Source of the DNA: a virus
Lineage: Duplodnaviria > Caudoviricetes
Length of the DNA stretch: 64,000 nt
Direction: 5' to 3' (one strand)
Virus record (IMG/VR): IMGVR_UViG_3300008262_000013
Part shown: piece by piece, positions 13,287 through 23,069 of the stretch
How the letters are laid out: the number at the start of each line of letters is the position of its first letter
Numbering within the stretch: the stretch's first letter is position 1
Made by a program: the position numbers and the translations under genes
Notes under the pieces: generated by a model
The model's database searches: none
What the model saw: the letters and a program-made list of their open reading frames with translations, nothing else
Told to the model about the DNA's origin: nothing

Positions 13287-13449
13287 TTACACTCCAAACT
13301 ACTAGTATTAATACTAAATAGTAGTATTGATCCACCTCAAACTTGGTGTATATTATCAAGTGTCTTGACCGCAACCTAGGTTGTGCCGTTCATATAATTC
13401 TTCGTTTTGCCTGTGTTGTTTACTATAACAACAACTAAAGGTGATAAAA

Positions 13450-13665
13450 ATGTCCGACAACTCGGATGACATAAAGCCCGATTTAAGTAAATTTAAGCCA
13501 AAAAAGAAAGCACTTGCAGTTCCTAAAGAATTCTTAGAAAACGCAAATAGTTATGATGAAAAGTTGGTAGTAGTTAAGGTATTTGCCGAAAAAAATGTGC
13601 AAAATACTGTTAAACTTTTCAAGAATATGTTGAAGGATGATATAGAAAGAAAAAGAAGAAGATAG
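13450..13665 (+). CDS. hypothetical protein
   Basis: Track ORF with an AAGGTG SD. Confidence 0.6.
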   Translation: MSDNSDDIKPDLSKFKPKKKALAVPKEFLENANSYDEKLVVVKVFAEKNVQNTVKLFKNMLKDDIERKRRR

Positions 13666-13668
13666 AAG

Positions 13669-14445
13669 ATGGATCCATTAACACTATTTGCATTAGCTAA
13701 TGGTGCTGTTAAACTTGTAAAAGAAGGATGTAAACTTTACAAGGACATTCAAGGAGCTGCTGGGGACATTAAAGATGTTCTCAAGGATCTTGACGACCAA
13801 TTCAATAGTAAATTTAAAGATCATCCTCCAACCGTGGCTGAACGTAATCAGTTCGTCACGGAGAAAAATCGAATAATTGAATTAAACAAAAAGGGCGGTG
13901 AGACAACCGATATCTATACACAAATAGGACAACACTTAGGTGTGTATTTCGACAACTATTATAAATGTTTAGCTGTGTTTGAGGAAGAAGAACGCCGCAG
14001 TCGAACTGAAGTATATCACGGCGAAGATAGTCTAGGTAAACGAGCTCTAATGCGTGTACTACTTAAAAAACAACTAGAACACATGAGTGCAGAATTGCGT
14101 GAAATCATGGTCTATCAAAGTCCACCAGAGTTAGGTCCTTTGTATCTTGATGTTGAAGAAATGATGAGAAAAGTTGGCAAAGAACAAAGTATTGTTATTG
14201 CGGCTGAGATGAGAAGAAATGCTGAAAAGTCGAAAATAAAAGCTCGCCGCAAAAAAAGATTGCAATATAAAATTATGTGTTGGAGTATGAGCAGTTTAGC
14301 TATTTTATATTTTATTTGGTTAGTTTGGGCAATAGTTCAAGTGAGAATAGAGAATAGTCCAGAATTAGGTCGATGTTTAATACCCAAAGGAACTTGGCCT
14401 TATCAACATTACAACAATTTAAAATGGATAGATTGCGAAAACTAG
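13669..14445 (+). CDS. coiled-coil membrane-anchored hypothetical protein
   Basis: Track ORF with a C-terminal transmembrane segment. Confidence 0.7.
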   Translation: MDPLTLFALANGAVKLVKEGCKLYKDIQGAAGDIKDVLKDLDDQFNSKFKDHPPTVAERNQFVTEKNRIIELNKKGGETTDIYTQIGQHLGVYFDNYYKCLAVFEEEERRSRTEVYHGEDSLGKRALMRVLLKKQLEHMSAELREIMVYQSPPELGPLYLDVEEMMRKVGKEQSIVIAAEMRRNAEKSKIKARRKKRLQYKIMCWSMSSLAILYFIWLVWAIVQVRIENSPELGRCLIPKGTWPYQHYNNLKWIDCEN

Positions 14446-14520
14446 TGTTGTAAAAAAACAACAGTCTTAACAATTCGATAACATAACCCGCTTGACTTTC
14501 GGACTAAAATGCTATATAAT
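14446..14520 (+). promoter_or_regulatory. early promoter with the TGTTG-N8-CAACA motif
   Basis: Motif 14446-14463, TTGACT 14492-14497, 17-nt spacer, TATAAT 14515-14520. Confidence 0.7.
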
Positions 14521-14566
14521 AGTGTAGGTCTGAAATTAAGGCGGGTTTTTTTATTGGAGATTTAAA

Positions 14567-15646
14567 ATGGCACGAATGCTCGATGCTAATCAAAAATTTG
14601 CGGGTGCAGAACCAAAGTTTTCTACAGAATTATCACAAATCGATTTATCGAAAGCTTTATCATGGTATGCACAAAATAAAGATTCAAAAGATTCTCAAAA
14701 GTATGCATCTGATTTTTTTAAGAAAAAATTCAAGTTAAGTATTTCTGATATAACTAAATCAAAACCACCAACTTTTGGTTTTATGTGTAGAATTATATCG
14801 AACGGTGGAATTTTATCCAAAAAGGATCAAGAATGGTTTGATTCAGAAATTGAAGATATTAAAAATAAAATTTCAAAACAAAAATCGGTTGATGAAAAAC
14901 CTGTAAAAACAAATACACCAAACATTCAAGATAGAATAAAAGAAAAGGCTAGTGAATGTGTGGGTGAATTAGAAGCATTAATTGATATTCTCATAGATTC
15001 CAGATTTAATGAATCTGTTTCACCTTATGGTGTTATGCATGGTATGGATTTGAAGGGTGTACACACAAAACATGTTATTGATTGGTTTAAAAAGATTCGC
15101 AATGAATACGATTCTGTAATGAATACTTCAGATCCAGAAATAAAAGAAGGATATTCAAATTTCAAAAAAACTGATTTGAAGAAATTGATTGCTTTTTGTG
15201 ATCAAGTAATTGTTGATGCAAGTAAGATTTCTGGCGAAGCTATAAAATCTAGAAAACCAAGAAAACGTAAAGTAAAGACGGTAGAACAACTTACGGCAAA
15301 AGTTAAAATTTGCCAAGAGTTTAAAGAATTAAACTTGACTTCTATCGATATTAAGAGTATAATAGGAACTATGCAACTATGGGTATACAATACCAAGACC
15401 AGAAAACTTGGTGTCTACCATGCCAGTGATGCAGGAGGCCTAAGTATTAAAGGAAGCTCACTTCAGAATTATAGTGACGATAAATCGATACAGAAGAAAT
15501 TGCGTAAACCTGAAGTTACTTTACCTGAGATACTTAAAGGTGGAAAAGTTTATTTGAGAAATGCAATTGATGGAATTAAAGCGGTTGCAGCACCTTTGAG
15601 TGGAAGATTAAACGAAGATACAATACTACTAAGGATAGTAAAATGA
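14567..15646 (+). CDS. conserved hypothetical protein of T4-like phages
   Basis: 359-aa ORF with a GGAG SD and a LWVYNTKTRKLG...QK.LRKPE C-terminal block. Confidence 0.8.
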   Translation: MARMLDANQKFAGAEPKFSTELSQIDLSKALSWYAQNKDSKDSQKYASDFFKKKFKLSISDITKSKPPTFGFMCRIISNGGILSKKDQEWFDSEIEDIKNKISKQKSVDEKPVKTNTPNIQDRIKEKASECVGELEALIDILIDSRFNESVSPYGVMHGMDLKGVHTKHVIDWFKKIRNEYDSVMNTSDPEIKEGYSNFKKTDLKKLIAFCDQVIVDASKISGEAIKSRKPRKRKVKTVEQLTAKVKICQEFKELNLTSIDIKSIIGTMQLWVYNTKTRKLGVYHASDAGGLSIKGSSLQNYSDDKSIQKKLRKPEVTLPEILKGGKVYLRNAIDGIKAVAAPLSGRLNEDTILLRIVK

Positions 15647-16533
15647 AAATCGCAGTGTGTAGTGACCTGCACCTAGAATTCGGAGATTTGGACCTTCATA
15701 ACGATGAAGGCGCCGATGTTTTGATTCTCGGTGGTGATATTTTGGTGGCAGAGGATTTGAAAGGTGCAGGATCGCCGATTGTTAAAGTGACGGAAACATT
15801 ATCTATACGTGCTGAAAGATATGTTGATTTTATCAATCGTTGTTCTGAAAGATTTCCTCATGTAATCTATATCATGGGAAATCACGAACACTATCATGGT
15901 GATTTTGCCGAGAGTGATAAACTCATCAAAGGAACTTTTGGTGATTTGAAAAATTTTTATTTTCTAGACAAAGATTGGATCAATATCAATGGTACTTTCT
16001 TTTATGGGGGCACATTGTGGACTGATATGAACAATGAAGATCCTAGAACGATGCGAGAAATGGCTTATTGTATGAACGATTACAGAGGCGTAGATAATAG
16101 TAATCGTCAAGTTAGTTATCGTGTACCAATTGATGTTGAAAATGAAAAACCAACTGGATGGGAGATGAAACAAAGACCCGGTCAGTTTACGCCTGACGAT
16201 ACTGTGGCTGATCATAAAGAATTTCTAAAAGGACTTGATGTAGCTCTTAATTTGTATCCCAATCATCGTTTTGTGGTTGTGGGACACCATGCACCAAGTA
16301 AACAAAGCACACACCCTAGATACAGAAATGAAGTTATTATGAATGGTGCTTACAGTACTAATCTAGACAACTTTATTCTTGATCGCAGGCAAATCAAATT
16401 ATGGACTCATGGGCATACCCATGAGGACTTTGATTACATGATTGGTACTACAAGAGTGTTGTGTAATCCGAGAGGATACGATGGTTACGAAGAACGTGCC
16501 GATAACTTTAAACTAAAGTATGTGGAGATTTGA
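15643..16533 (+). CDS. metallophosphoesterase
   Basis: SDLHLE, GGD, GNHEHY, HHAP and HGHTH motifs. Confidence 0.88.
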   Translation: MKIAVCSDLHLEFGDLDLHNDEGADVLILGGDILVAEDLKGAGSPIVKVTETLSIRAERYVDFINRCSERFPHVIYIMGNHEHYHGDFAESDKLIKGTFGDLKNFYFLDKDWININGTFFYGGTLWTDMNNEDPRTMREMAYCMNDYRGVDNSNRQVSYRVPIDVENEKPTGWEMKQRPGQFTPDDTVADHKEFLKGLDVALNLYPNHRFVVVGHHAPSKQSTHPRYRNEVIMNGAYSTNLDNFILDRRQIKLWTHGHTHEDFDYMIGTTRVLCNPRGYDGYEERADNFKLKYVEI

Positions 16534-16564
16534 CTAAATACTTCATAAACTAATTGAAAACAAA

Positions 16565-17413
16565 ATGATTATCTTTGATTACAACCAAGTGGCAATTTCG
16601 TCACTTATGGAACAAATTGGTTCTTCTAAAAAGCCTGTTGAAGAAGATTTAGTGCGACACATGATTTTAAATGTGATTCGTACCTATGTCAAGAAGTTCA
16701 AGGAGAAATACGGACCAGAAGTTATTATTGCTTGTGATAATAAAAACTACTGGCGCCGAGATATTTTTCCTGAATATAAAGCTTCTAGGAAAAAAACTAG
16801 AGATGCTTCTGGCCATGATTGGACTTCTATCTTTGAAGTTTTGGGTAAAATCAAACAGGAATTGAAAGATCATTCGCCTTATAAAGTTATTGATGTTGAT
16901 ACTTGTGAGGCGGATGATATTATTGCTGTTTTGACGATGAAATATTCTTCAACACAAAATGTCATGATACTTTCTTCGGATAAAGACTTTGCTCAATTGC
17001 AAAGATATCCAAATGTTGAACAGTATTCTCCAATTCTAAAAAAATCTATAAAAGAACCTCTACCACTTCTTCAACTTAAACAGTTGGTTATACGTGGTGA
17101 TAAAGGCGATGGTATTCCAAATATTCTTTCTAAAGATGATGTCTTTACCACTGGTGGTAGACAGAAACCCATTACTGAAGCTAAAATTATAAATTGGTTG
17201 AATCAAGAACCAAAAGAATTCTGTAATGAAGAAATGCTTCGCAATTATAGTCGCAACGAAATGTTAATCGATTTGACTAAGATACCGGATGGTCTTGTTG
17301 AGAAAATTTTGGATAGATACGATAGTGTTAAACCAAAAAGTAAAAATGAATTTATGAACTACATGATCTCCAATCGTCTTAAAAACCTGATTGAAGTGAT
17401 TGACGAATTTTAA
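16565..17413 (+). CDS. rnh: T4-type RNase H (5'-3' exonuclease)
   Basis: WRR..FPEYKASR, EADDIIA, SSDKDFAQL and GDKGDGIPN. Confidence 0.93.
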   Translation: MIIFDYNQVAISSLMEQIGSSKKPVEEDLVRHMILNVIRTYVKKFKEKYGPEVIIACDNKNYWRRDIFPEYKASRKKTRDASGHDWTSIFEVLGKIKQELKDHSPYKVIDVDTCEADDIIAVLTMKYSSTQNVMILSSDKDFAQLQRYPNVEQYSPILKKSIKEPLPLLQLKQLVIRGDKGDGIPNILSKDDVFTTGGRQKPITEAKIINWLNQEPKEFCNEEMLRNYSRNEMLIDLTKIPDGLVEKILDRYDSVKPKSKNEFMNYMISNRLKNLIEVIDEF

Positions 17414-17421
17414 GGATTAAA

Positions 17422-17850
17422 ATGGAATACCTTTACTCGGAGATTCTCGACATGTTTGAGAAAGCTCCAACCAAAAAAGAAAAAATTGATGTGTTGAAAA
17501 AATTTGAACATCCAACGTTCAAAGAATTTTTTAATTATGCTTTCAATCCAAGTATTGTATTTGACGTTGAGATACCAGAATATAAACCATCTTTTGATCC
17601 TGCCGGATTGAATAATGCATATCTTGATTCTGAATTGGAAAGAACTTATAGATTTATTGTAGGTCATCCCAAACGAGCCAATGGATTAAAACCAAGAAAA
17701 CAAACCGAATTACTTTTAATTCTTTTGGAAACTTTACACAAAGATGAAGCTGATCTATATGTAAGAATGTTAAGAAAAGATTTAAAAATTAAATTTCTTA
17801 CCAAGAAATTTATTAAAGAAGTTTATCCAGATTTACCTTTTGAGGCTTAA
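17422..17850 (+). CDS. conserved hypothetical protein of T4-like phages
   Basis: Track ORF in the usual position after rnh; LLETLHKDEA.L block. Confidence 0.7.
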   Translation: MEYLYSEILDMFEKAPTKKEKIDVLKKFEHPTFKEFFNYAFNPSIVFDVEIPEYKPSFDPAGLNNAYLDSELERTYRFIVGHPKRANGLKPRKQTELLLILLETLHKDEADLYVRMLRKDLKIKFLTKKFIKEVYPDLPFEA

Positions 17851-18603
17851 ATGAAAGTAGCAGTCGTAACACCAACGATAGGTTCTAAAACTCTAACACA
17901 ATGTATTCAATCAGTTGAAGAACAGACGTATGAAAATTTGACACATTATATTTTTATTGATGGTGAGAAAGAGTATGGAAACAAGATTTGGCACCAACTT
18001 GAAGATGCTACAAAGGTCAAAACAATCCGCCTTGAAGAAAATGTGGGCAAAGGTTGGTATGGTCATCGTGTATATGCTGCATGTAGTTTTCTTGTCGATG
18101 CTGATGTTATATGTTACCTCGATGAAGATAATTGGATTGATCCTAATCACATTGAGGAATTGGTTAAGGTACTTCAGGAAGGAAACCAGTGGGCTTATTC
18201 ATTAAGAAAGATTTACAACAAAGAAGGAGAATATCTCTGTGAGGATAATTGCGAATCGCTTGGAAAATGGCCTGTTTATTTTAACAATGAAGTATTCCAT
18301 ATTGATACCTCAAGTTTTGCTGTTAGGCGTGATGTTGCTGTTGCTATAGGACATGCATGGTACGGTCAATGGGGTGCTGATAGACAATTCTTCACAAATT
18401 TAAAAAGACTTTTTCCAAAATTTGAGTGTTCGAATCAATACTCACTTTGTTACAGACTTGATGGGAATGAAAATTCAGTAAACTTAGAATTCTTTGAAAA
18501 GGGAAATAAAGTTACTGAAGAAAGACACAATAAAAAATATCCTTGGTTGAAAAGAGATAAAGTTATTAATGAAATTGGACCAGGCATTCGAATCGTTGCG
18601 TAA
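17851..18603 (+). CDS. glycosyltransferase family 2
   Basis: VAVVTPT N-terminus and a YLDEDN DxD motif. Confidence 0.8.
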   Translation: MKVAVVTPTIGSKTLTQCIQSVEEQTYENLTHYIFIDGEKEYGNKIWHQLEDATKVKTIRLEENVGKGWYGHRVYAACSFLVDADVICYLDEDNWIDPNHIEELVKVLQEGNQWAYSLRKIYNKEGEYLCEDNCESLGKWPVYFNNEVFHIDTSSFAVRRDVAVAIGHAWYGQWGADRQFFTNLKRLFPKFECSNQYSLCYRLDGNENSVNLEFFEKGNKVTEERHNKKYPWLKRDKVINEIGPGIRIVA

Positions 18604-18604
18604 T

Positions 18605-19564
18605 ATGTTTTTCAGACCAAAAGTTCTTGTTACTGGAGGTTCAGGTTATCTTGGATCTCATGTTTGCAAAATGTTGAAACAAGAAAACTGGAATATTACT
18701 ATACTTGATATAAAAAAACCGAAACATAATTACTTCAATCATTTCGAACAAATTGATGTATGTGATTATGAAAAAGTAAACCATCTCTTTTGGAAAAAAG
18801 GTAAGTTTGATATCGTATTTCATTTTGCCGGTAAAATAGAAGTCGGTGAATCTGTAAATAAACCAAACTATTACTACCACACAAATACAGGTGGAACTTG
18901 TACAATATTACTTGTGATGGAAAAGTATGAGTGTGAAAATATCATCTATTCTTCGACAGCAGGACTGTATCAATCTAAAGATCAACCTTTGTTAGAAAAT
19001 GATGAGTTGAATCCTATGAATAATCCTTATGCAGGAAGTAAATATGCATCGGAATTGGCTATAAAACAGTCGGGTATGAATCATATAATTTTTCGTTATT
19101 TTAATTTAGCTGGTGCCGATGAAGATGGTGACATAGGTGAGAATCACGAACCCGAAACCCATCTAATTCCTAAAATTCTACAAAATCTAAATAACTTTGA
19201 AATTTATGGTTCCGACTATGAAACAAAAGATGGTACATGCGTTCGAGACTATGTGCATGTATCTGATGTTGCAAGGGTGCATATTGATGCTGCCAATTAT
19301 TTGTTATCAGAGAAAAGGTCTCACGTTTTAAATTTAGGTACAGGAACAGGTTACTCCGTATTAGAAGTTATCGATGCAATCGAAAAACACACAAATCAAA
19401 AAGTATTCAAACAATATCACCAGAGGCGCGCTGGTGATCCTCCAAAATTAGTATCCAACATTGATTTAGCTAAAAAAATATTAAACTACGATCCTAAACA
19501 TGATATCTCATCTATTGTAAAAACTGCATATAATTGGGAAAAAAATGGCCGAAAAGATTCTTGA
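18605..19564 (+). CDS. galE: UDP-glucose 4-epimerase
   Basis: VTGGSGYLGSH, YAGSK, RYFNLAGA and RDYVHV. Confidence 0.9.
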   Translation: MFFRPKVLVTGGSGYLGSHVCKMLKQENWNITILDIKKPKHNYFNHFEQIDVCDYEKVNHLFWKKGKFDIVFHFAGKIEVGESVNKPNYYYHTNTGGTCTILLVMEKYECENIIYSSTAGLYQSKDQPLLENDELNPMNNPYAGSKYASELAIKQSGMNHIIFRYFNLAGADEDGDIGENHEPETHLIPKILQNLNNFEIYGSDYETKDGTCVRDYVHVSDVARVHIDAANYLLSEKRSHVLNLGTGTGYSVLEVIDAIEKHTNQKVFKQYHQRRAGDPPKLVSNIDLAKKILNYDPKHDISSIVKTAYNWEKNGRKDS

Positions 19565-20108
19565 TTTTTTATCTCCAACAGATGAGATCAACTCAACGCT
19601 GTTAAAGAATCACGTACATTTTTTAACCGGCAATATTGATGAGAACAATACGTTAGAAGCAATTAAGTGGATTATATACGAAAACTTAATACCAGAAAAT
19701 AATGACTTGATACTTTATATCAATTCAAATGGTGGAAGTTTAGAAGATGCTTTCGCTTTGATTGAGATTATGAATAAATCTAAGAAAAAAATAAAAACGG
19801 TGGGATTAGGATCAGTTTGTTCGTCAGCATTTTTAATTTTTGCATCAGGACATAAAGGTGAGAGATATATCAGTAAATCCTCATCTGTTATGTGTCATCA
19901 ATTTTCCAATGGATTTGATGGTAAATATCATGATATAAAATCTGCTGCAAAAGAAAACGATATGATAAATCAAAGAATGTTATCTCTGTTAAAAAAATGT
20001 ACGGGATTAGATACTCGTACAATTAAAACCAAACTTATTCCACCAAGTGATGTTTGGTTTACGACAGAGGAACTTTTAGAACTTGGCATAGCTGATAATG
20101 TTTTTTAA
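19545..20108 (+). CDS. clpP: ClpP-like protease subunit
   Basis: LYINSNGG, catalytic Ser (VCSSAF) and His (MCHQ), and D.WFT. Confidence 0.8.
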   Translation: MAEKILDFLSPTDEINSTLLKNHVHFLTGNIDENNTLEAIKWIIYENLIPENNDLILYINSNGGSLEDAFALIEIMNKSKKKIKTVGLGSVCSSAFLIFASGHKGERYISKSSSVMCHQFSNGFDGKYHDIKSAAKENDMINQRMLSLLKKCTGLDTRTIKTKLIPPSDVWFTTEELLELGIADNVF

Positions 20109-20124
20109 GGAGGAAAAAAACGAA

Positions 20125-20277
20125 ATGATTCACGGTGGTCAAAAATATCAAAAAACTGAAAAAACTAAATTTAGAAAAAATCAAGATCGTGAAAAGGCTA
20201 AACAGGATAAAAACAGGCACCATGATAAAAGTTTTTATCGTTTAATGAAAGAGGAAAAAGATAGTTATGTCTTATAG
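20125..20277 (+). CDS. small basic protein, 50 aa
   Basis: AAGGAGG SD; hand-translated. Confidence 0.55.
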   Translation: MIHGGQKYQKTEKTKFRKNQDREKAKQDKNRHHDKSFYRLMKEEKDSYVL

Positions 20278-20431
20278 AGAAATTTTAGAGAAACAGATAA
20301 AAGAATTGGAAGAAAGAATCGCTAACTATCAAGGCGATAAAAAAATTCTCCAAGATCAATTAAACAAATTAAAGTTATCCGAATTTGAAGAATCGGAAAG
20401 AGAATCTGGACAACAGTTGTTAAAAGGATAA
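20267..20431 (+). CDS. small coiled-coil protein, 54 aa
   Basis: MSYREILEKQIKELEERI...LLKG; hand-translated. Confidence 0.55.
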   Translation: MSYREILEKQIKELEERIANYQGDKKILQDQLNKLKLSEFEESERESGQQLLKG

Positions 20432-20482
20432 TGTTGTAGAAATACAACACCTATTGCCAAAGTCTTGAATTTGTGAGATAAT
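20432..20482 (+). promoter_or_regulatory. early promoter with the TGTTG-N8-CAACA motif
   Basis: Motif 20432-20449, TTGCCA 20454-20459, 17-nt spacer, GATAAT 20477-20482. Confidence 0.6.
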
Positions 20483-20488
20483 TCAAGC

Positions 20489-20911
20489 ATGTTTAAAATT
20501 CTCAAAGAAACCACGGACTGGTCTGAGTGTGATTACAAAGTTTGTAACCATACTTATTTGATAAGTCCAAAAAATAAAGTTATCGCTTTTGCAAATGGCG
20601 AAACCGGTGATATTGTCAAATTGAAAAATGGTTGGAATTTTGATAAACGTTATCGAAAGTTTATCGAAGTTGTCAATAAAGAACTATCTAATCTGATACC
20701 AAAAGATTATCAAAAAGAAAAGTTGCAAAAACCGCAACTTGTCAAATCTGCAAATATACGTAATTTCAAGGTCTTGTCAAAAGGTAAAGAATATTACGTT
20801 TCTTATAACATTCCAGGAAGTTTCTATAATTGCAACTGTACGGGGTTCGGGTATCGTAGAACTTGTTCACATGTTAAGGCTGTTGCAGAAAAACAACAAC
20901 AAACCGCTTGA
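20489..20911 (+). CDS. SWIM zinc-finger protein
   Basis: CNCTGFGYRRTCSH. Confidence 0.75.
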   Translation: MFKILKETTDWSECDYKVCNHTYLISPKNKVIAFANGETGDIVKLKNGWNFDKRYRKFIEVVNKELSNLIPKDYQKEKLQKPQLVKSANIRNFKVLSKGKEYYVSYNIPGSFYNCNCTGFGYRRTCSHVKAVAEKQQQTA

Positions 20912-20935
20912 CAATATTACCTATTCCTGTATAAT
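20881..20935 (+). promoter_or_regulatory. early promoter with the TGTTG-N8-CAACA motif
   Basis: Motif 20881-20898, TTGACA 20908-20913, TG-TATAAT 20928-20935. Confidence 0.7.
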
Positions 20936-20968
20936 TGTACCTGTTGAGTGATTAATAAGGTTAAGAAA

Positions 20969-21295
20969 ATGATAACGAATTTAGACTTGTATCTGGAAGC
21001 TATCAAAGCTGACTATTTGACTATGGTAACACCTGGTGACGTTATTCAGGAAGAAATGTACCAAGATTTTTGTGATGGTTTGACTTTTAGTGTCGGTTCG
21101 AAATATATCAAAGTTTTTAAGGATCGAAAAGGCGGTTGTTCTGTACATTCTTTTATTTGCTTGAAAGATGACGCTAAATTTAAAAAAGGCGATATTCTGA
21201 TGGCTGCTTCGTGGAATGCTCCTGCTCGAAATTTTGCTCGAGGCAATGTAATTGAAAAAACCTTTGATCGTGTTCGTTGGACTGGAGCTGTATAA
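20969..21295 (+). CDS. conserved hypothetical phage protein
   Basis: KKGDILMAASWNAPARNFARGN block. Confidence 0.75.
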   Translation: MITNLDLYLEAIKADYLTMVTPGDVIQEEMYQDFCDGLTFSVGSKYIKVFKDRKGGCSVHSFICLKDDAKFKKGDILMAASWNAPARNFARGNVIEKTFDRVRWTGAV

Positions 21296-21486
21296 TGGGA
21301 AATTTGAATACTTTTGTTGTTGTTGCGGCTGCTGATAATATTGCAAAAATGACACCTGCACAATTAAAACTCCTTGCTGAACTTGTTGTTGATTCTGAAA
21401 ATGCATATCGATTGGTGGATTATTTGACTTTTGCGCTCCAAGATAAATTAATTTCTGAAATTGAAGTGCAAGATCCTGTCTGTTAA
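21295..21486 (+). CDS. hypothetical protein
   Basis: Track ORF 21277..21486 with the start at 21295. Confidence 0.55.
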   Translation: MGNLNTFVVVAAADNIAKMTPAQLKLLAELVVDSENAYRLVDYLTFALQDKLISEIEVQDPVC

Positions 21487-21839
21487 TGATAATCTACACA
21501 AATCAAACTTCCAAGAAAAAGAAGAAGCTCACCGCGAAAGAGCGTGAGCTTCAAGATTCTTGGAACAAAATAGTTAATAAACATGCAAAACCAGTAGTTG
21601 TCAAAAAGAAAATTGTCAAATCGACAAAGTTTCCAAAATTGACAATTCCTGAAGGTCGTAATCCCTACGATATAAAATCGGTCGATTCTGGAGGCGGTCT
21701 GGCGAACTGGAATCGCAAGGATAAGGTGACCACGTACACTGGTACAGCGATGAAAGGTATTGGCACCCTCCACAAGTCCAATGCGGTTCCTGTGTTCACG
21801 GATGAAGAAGCCAAAGACCAGGCGGCCATGCGAAGATGA
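21486..21839 (+). CDS. conserved hypothetical phage protein
   Basis: YTGT.MKGIGTLHKSNAVPVF block. Confidence 0.75.
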   Translation: MIIYTNQTSKKKKKLTAKERELQDSWNKIVNKHAKPVVVKKKIVKSTKFPKLTIPEGRNPYDIKSVDSGGGLANWNRKDKVTTYTGTAMKGIGTLHKSNAVPVFTDEEAKDQAAMRR

Positions 21840-21850
21840 TAACATTTCTA

Positions 21851-21917
21851 TTTTGATAACAAAAATAATGCTTGCCTTCCTTTGCGGTTCCTGTATAATT
21901 GATCCTGTTGAGTTGAT
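21851..21917 (+). promoter_or_regulatory. early promoter, near-copy of 1464-1530
   Basis: TTGCCT 21872-21877 and TATAAT 21894-21899. Confidence 0.75.
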
Positions 21918-21933
21918 GATTGAGATATAAATT

Positions 21934-22683
21934 ATGAAACTTCTTTCTACTGGCAATCCCAAAGTGTTAAAAGGAATGAAACAAGGTTATAATACCTATA
22001 TTCTTCATTTGGCACCTGCAAATATTAGCGGATATGAAACATGTCCAAAACGTACTGCTGGTTGCACAGCTGCTTGTTTGAATACGGCTGGTCGAGGCGG
22101 TATGTTCAAAAAAGGCGAAACGACTAATGTTATTCAACAAGCTCGAATTCGCAAAACCCAATTCTTTTTCGAAGAGCGTAACGGATTCTTTGAGTGGTTA
22201 GTGAAAGATATCGAAAAAGCCATTAAACAATCGGTTAAACTTAATTTGATTCCTGTATTCCGCTTGAATGGTACTAGCGACCTTGCGTGGGAAAAATATG
22301 AGGTAGTTCGTTCGGGTAAACTATATCGCAATATTTTTGCGGCTTTTCCTGAAGTCCAATTTTATGATTACACCAAGATTCTTGGCCGTAAAATAAAAAA
22401 TATCGAAAATTACCATTTGACGTTTTCTGCTGCTGATGGTAATGATGCTGACGTAGTAAAAGCTATCGAACAAGGCTATAATGTGGCTGTAGTATTCGGG
22501 TTGAAGAAAACGGAAACAATGCCTGATGAGTATATGGGTCGTCCTGTGTATAACGGAGATGATAGCGACCTACGATTCATTGACCCAAAAGGTGTTGTGG
22601 TTGGTTTATATGCAAAAGGTAAAGCCAAAAAAGATACGACTGGCTTTGTGAAATATCCTAAAATTATGTTGAAGGCTGCTTAA
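21934..22683 (+). CDS. Gp88-like phage protein
   Basis: CP..TAGC.AACL..AGRG, RLNGTSD, FYDYTK and GD..DLRF motifs. Confidence 0.7.
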   Translation: MKLLSTGNPKVLKGMKQGYNTYILHLAPANISGYETCPKRTAGCTAACLNTAGRGGMFKKGETTNVIQQARIRKTQFFFEERNGFFEWLVKDIEKAIKQSVKLNLIPVFRLNGTSDLAWEKYEVVRSGKLYRNIFAAFPEVQFYDYTKILGRKIKNIENYHLTFSAADGNDADVVKAIEQGYNVAVVFGLKKTETMPDEYMGRPVYNGDDSDLRFIDPKGVVVGLYAKGKAKKDTTGFVKYPKIMLKAA

Positions 22684-22684
22684 T

Positions 22685-22906
22685 ATGAATATCGTCATTA
22701 TGATTGAAGAAGAACTTTCTTTTGGAGAATTGACTTGGGCACAAATTGCTGAAAAGTATAATGTTCCCGTTGGTGATGTTGAACTCATTTATGAAGAAAT
22801 GATGAAACAGTTTGATGATTCCATGGACGGCGATTTTGATTCTGCCATGGCATCTGCTGGATTTGGCACTGATGAAGATTATGGTTATTATGGAGAGGAA
22901 TACTAA
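22685..22906 (+). CDS. acidic hypothetical protein
   Basis: Track ORF. Confidence 0.65.
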   Translation: MNIVIMIEEELSFGELTWAQIAEKYNVPVGDVELIYEEMMKQFDDSMDGDFDSAMASAGFGTDEDYGYYGEEY

Positions 22907-22907
22907 A

Positions 22908-23069
22908 ATGAATTTTCTACTTAGTGTGGAATATGATTCCGTTTCAGAATGTTATGTTGCTTGTTATTCTGAAGGTGAAGTGATTCAGCTCGGTGCAAAC
23001 AATTATCAAGATGCGATTCTCGAAGCTGATATGCTTGATATTGAAAATTATGAAAAAGGATATAACTAA
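22908..23069 (+). CDS. small acidic hypothetical protein
   Basis: In frame within track ORF 22812..23069; GAGG SD. Confidence 0.55.
   Translation: MNFLLSVEYDSVSECYVACYSEGEVIQLGANNYQDAILEADMLDIENYEKGYN

Noticed and set aside
13414-13433. A sixth copy of the TGTTG...CAACA motif
   Set aside because: The spacer is 10 nt rather than 8, and there is no downstream -35/-10 pair.
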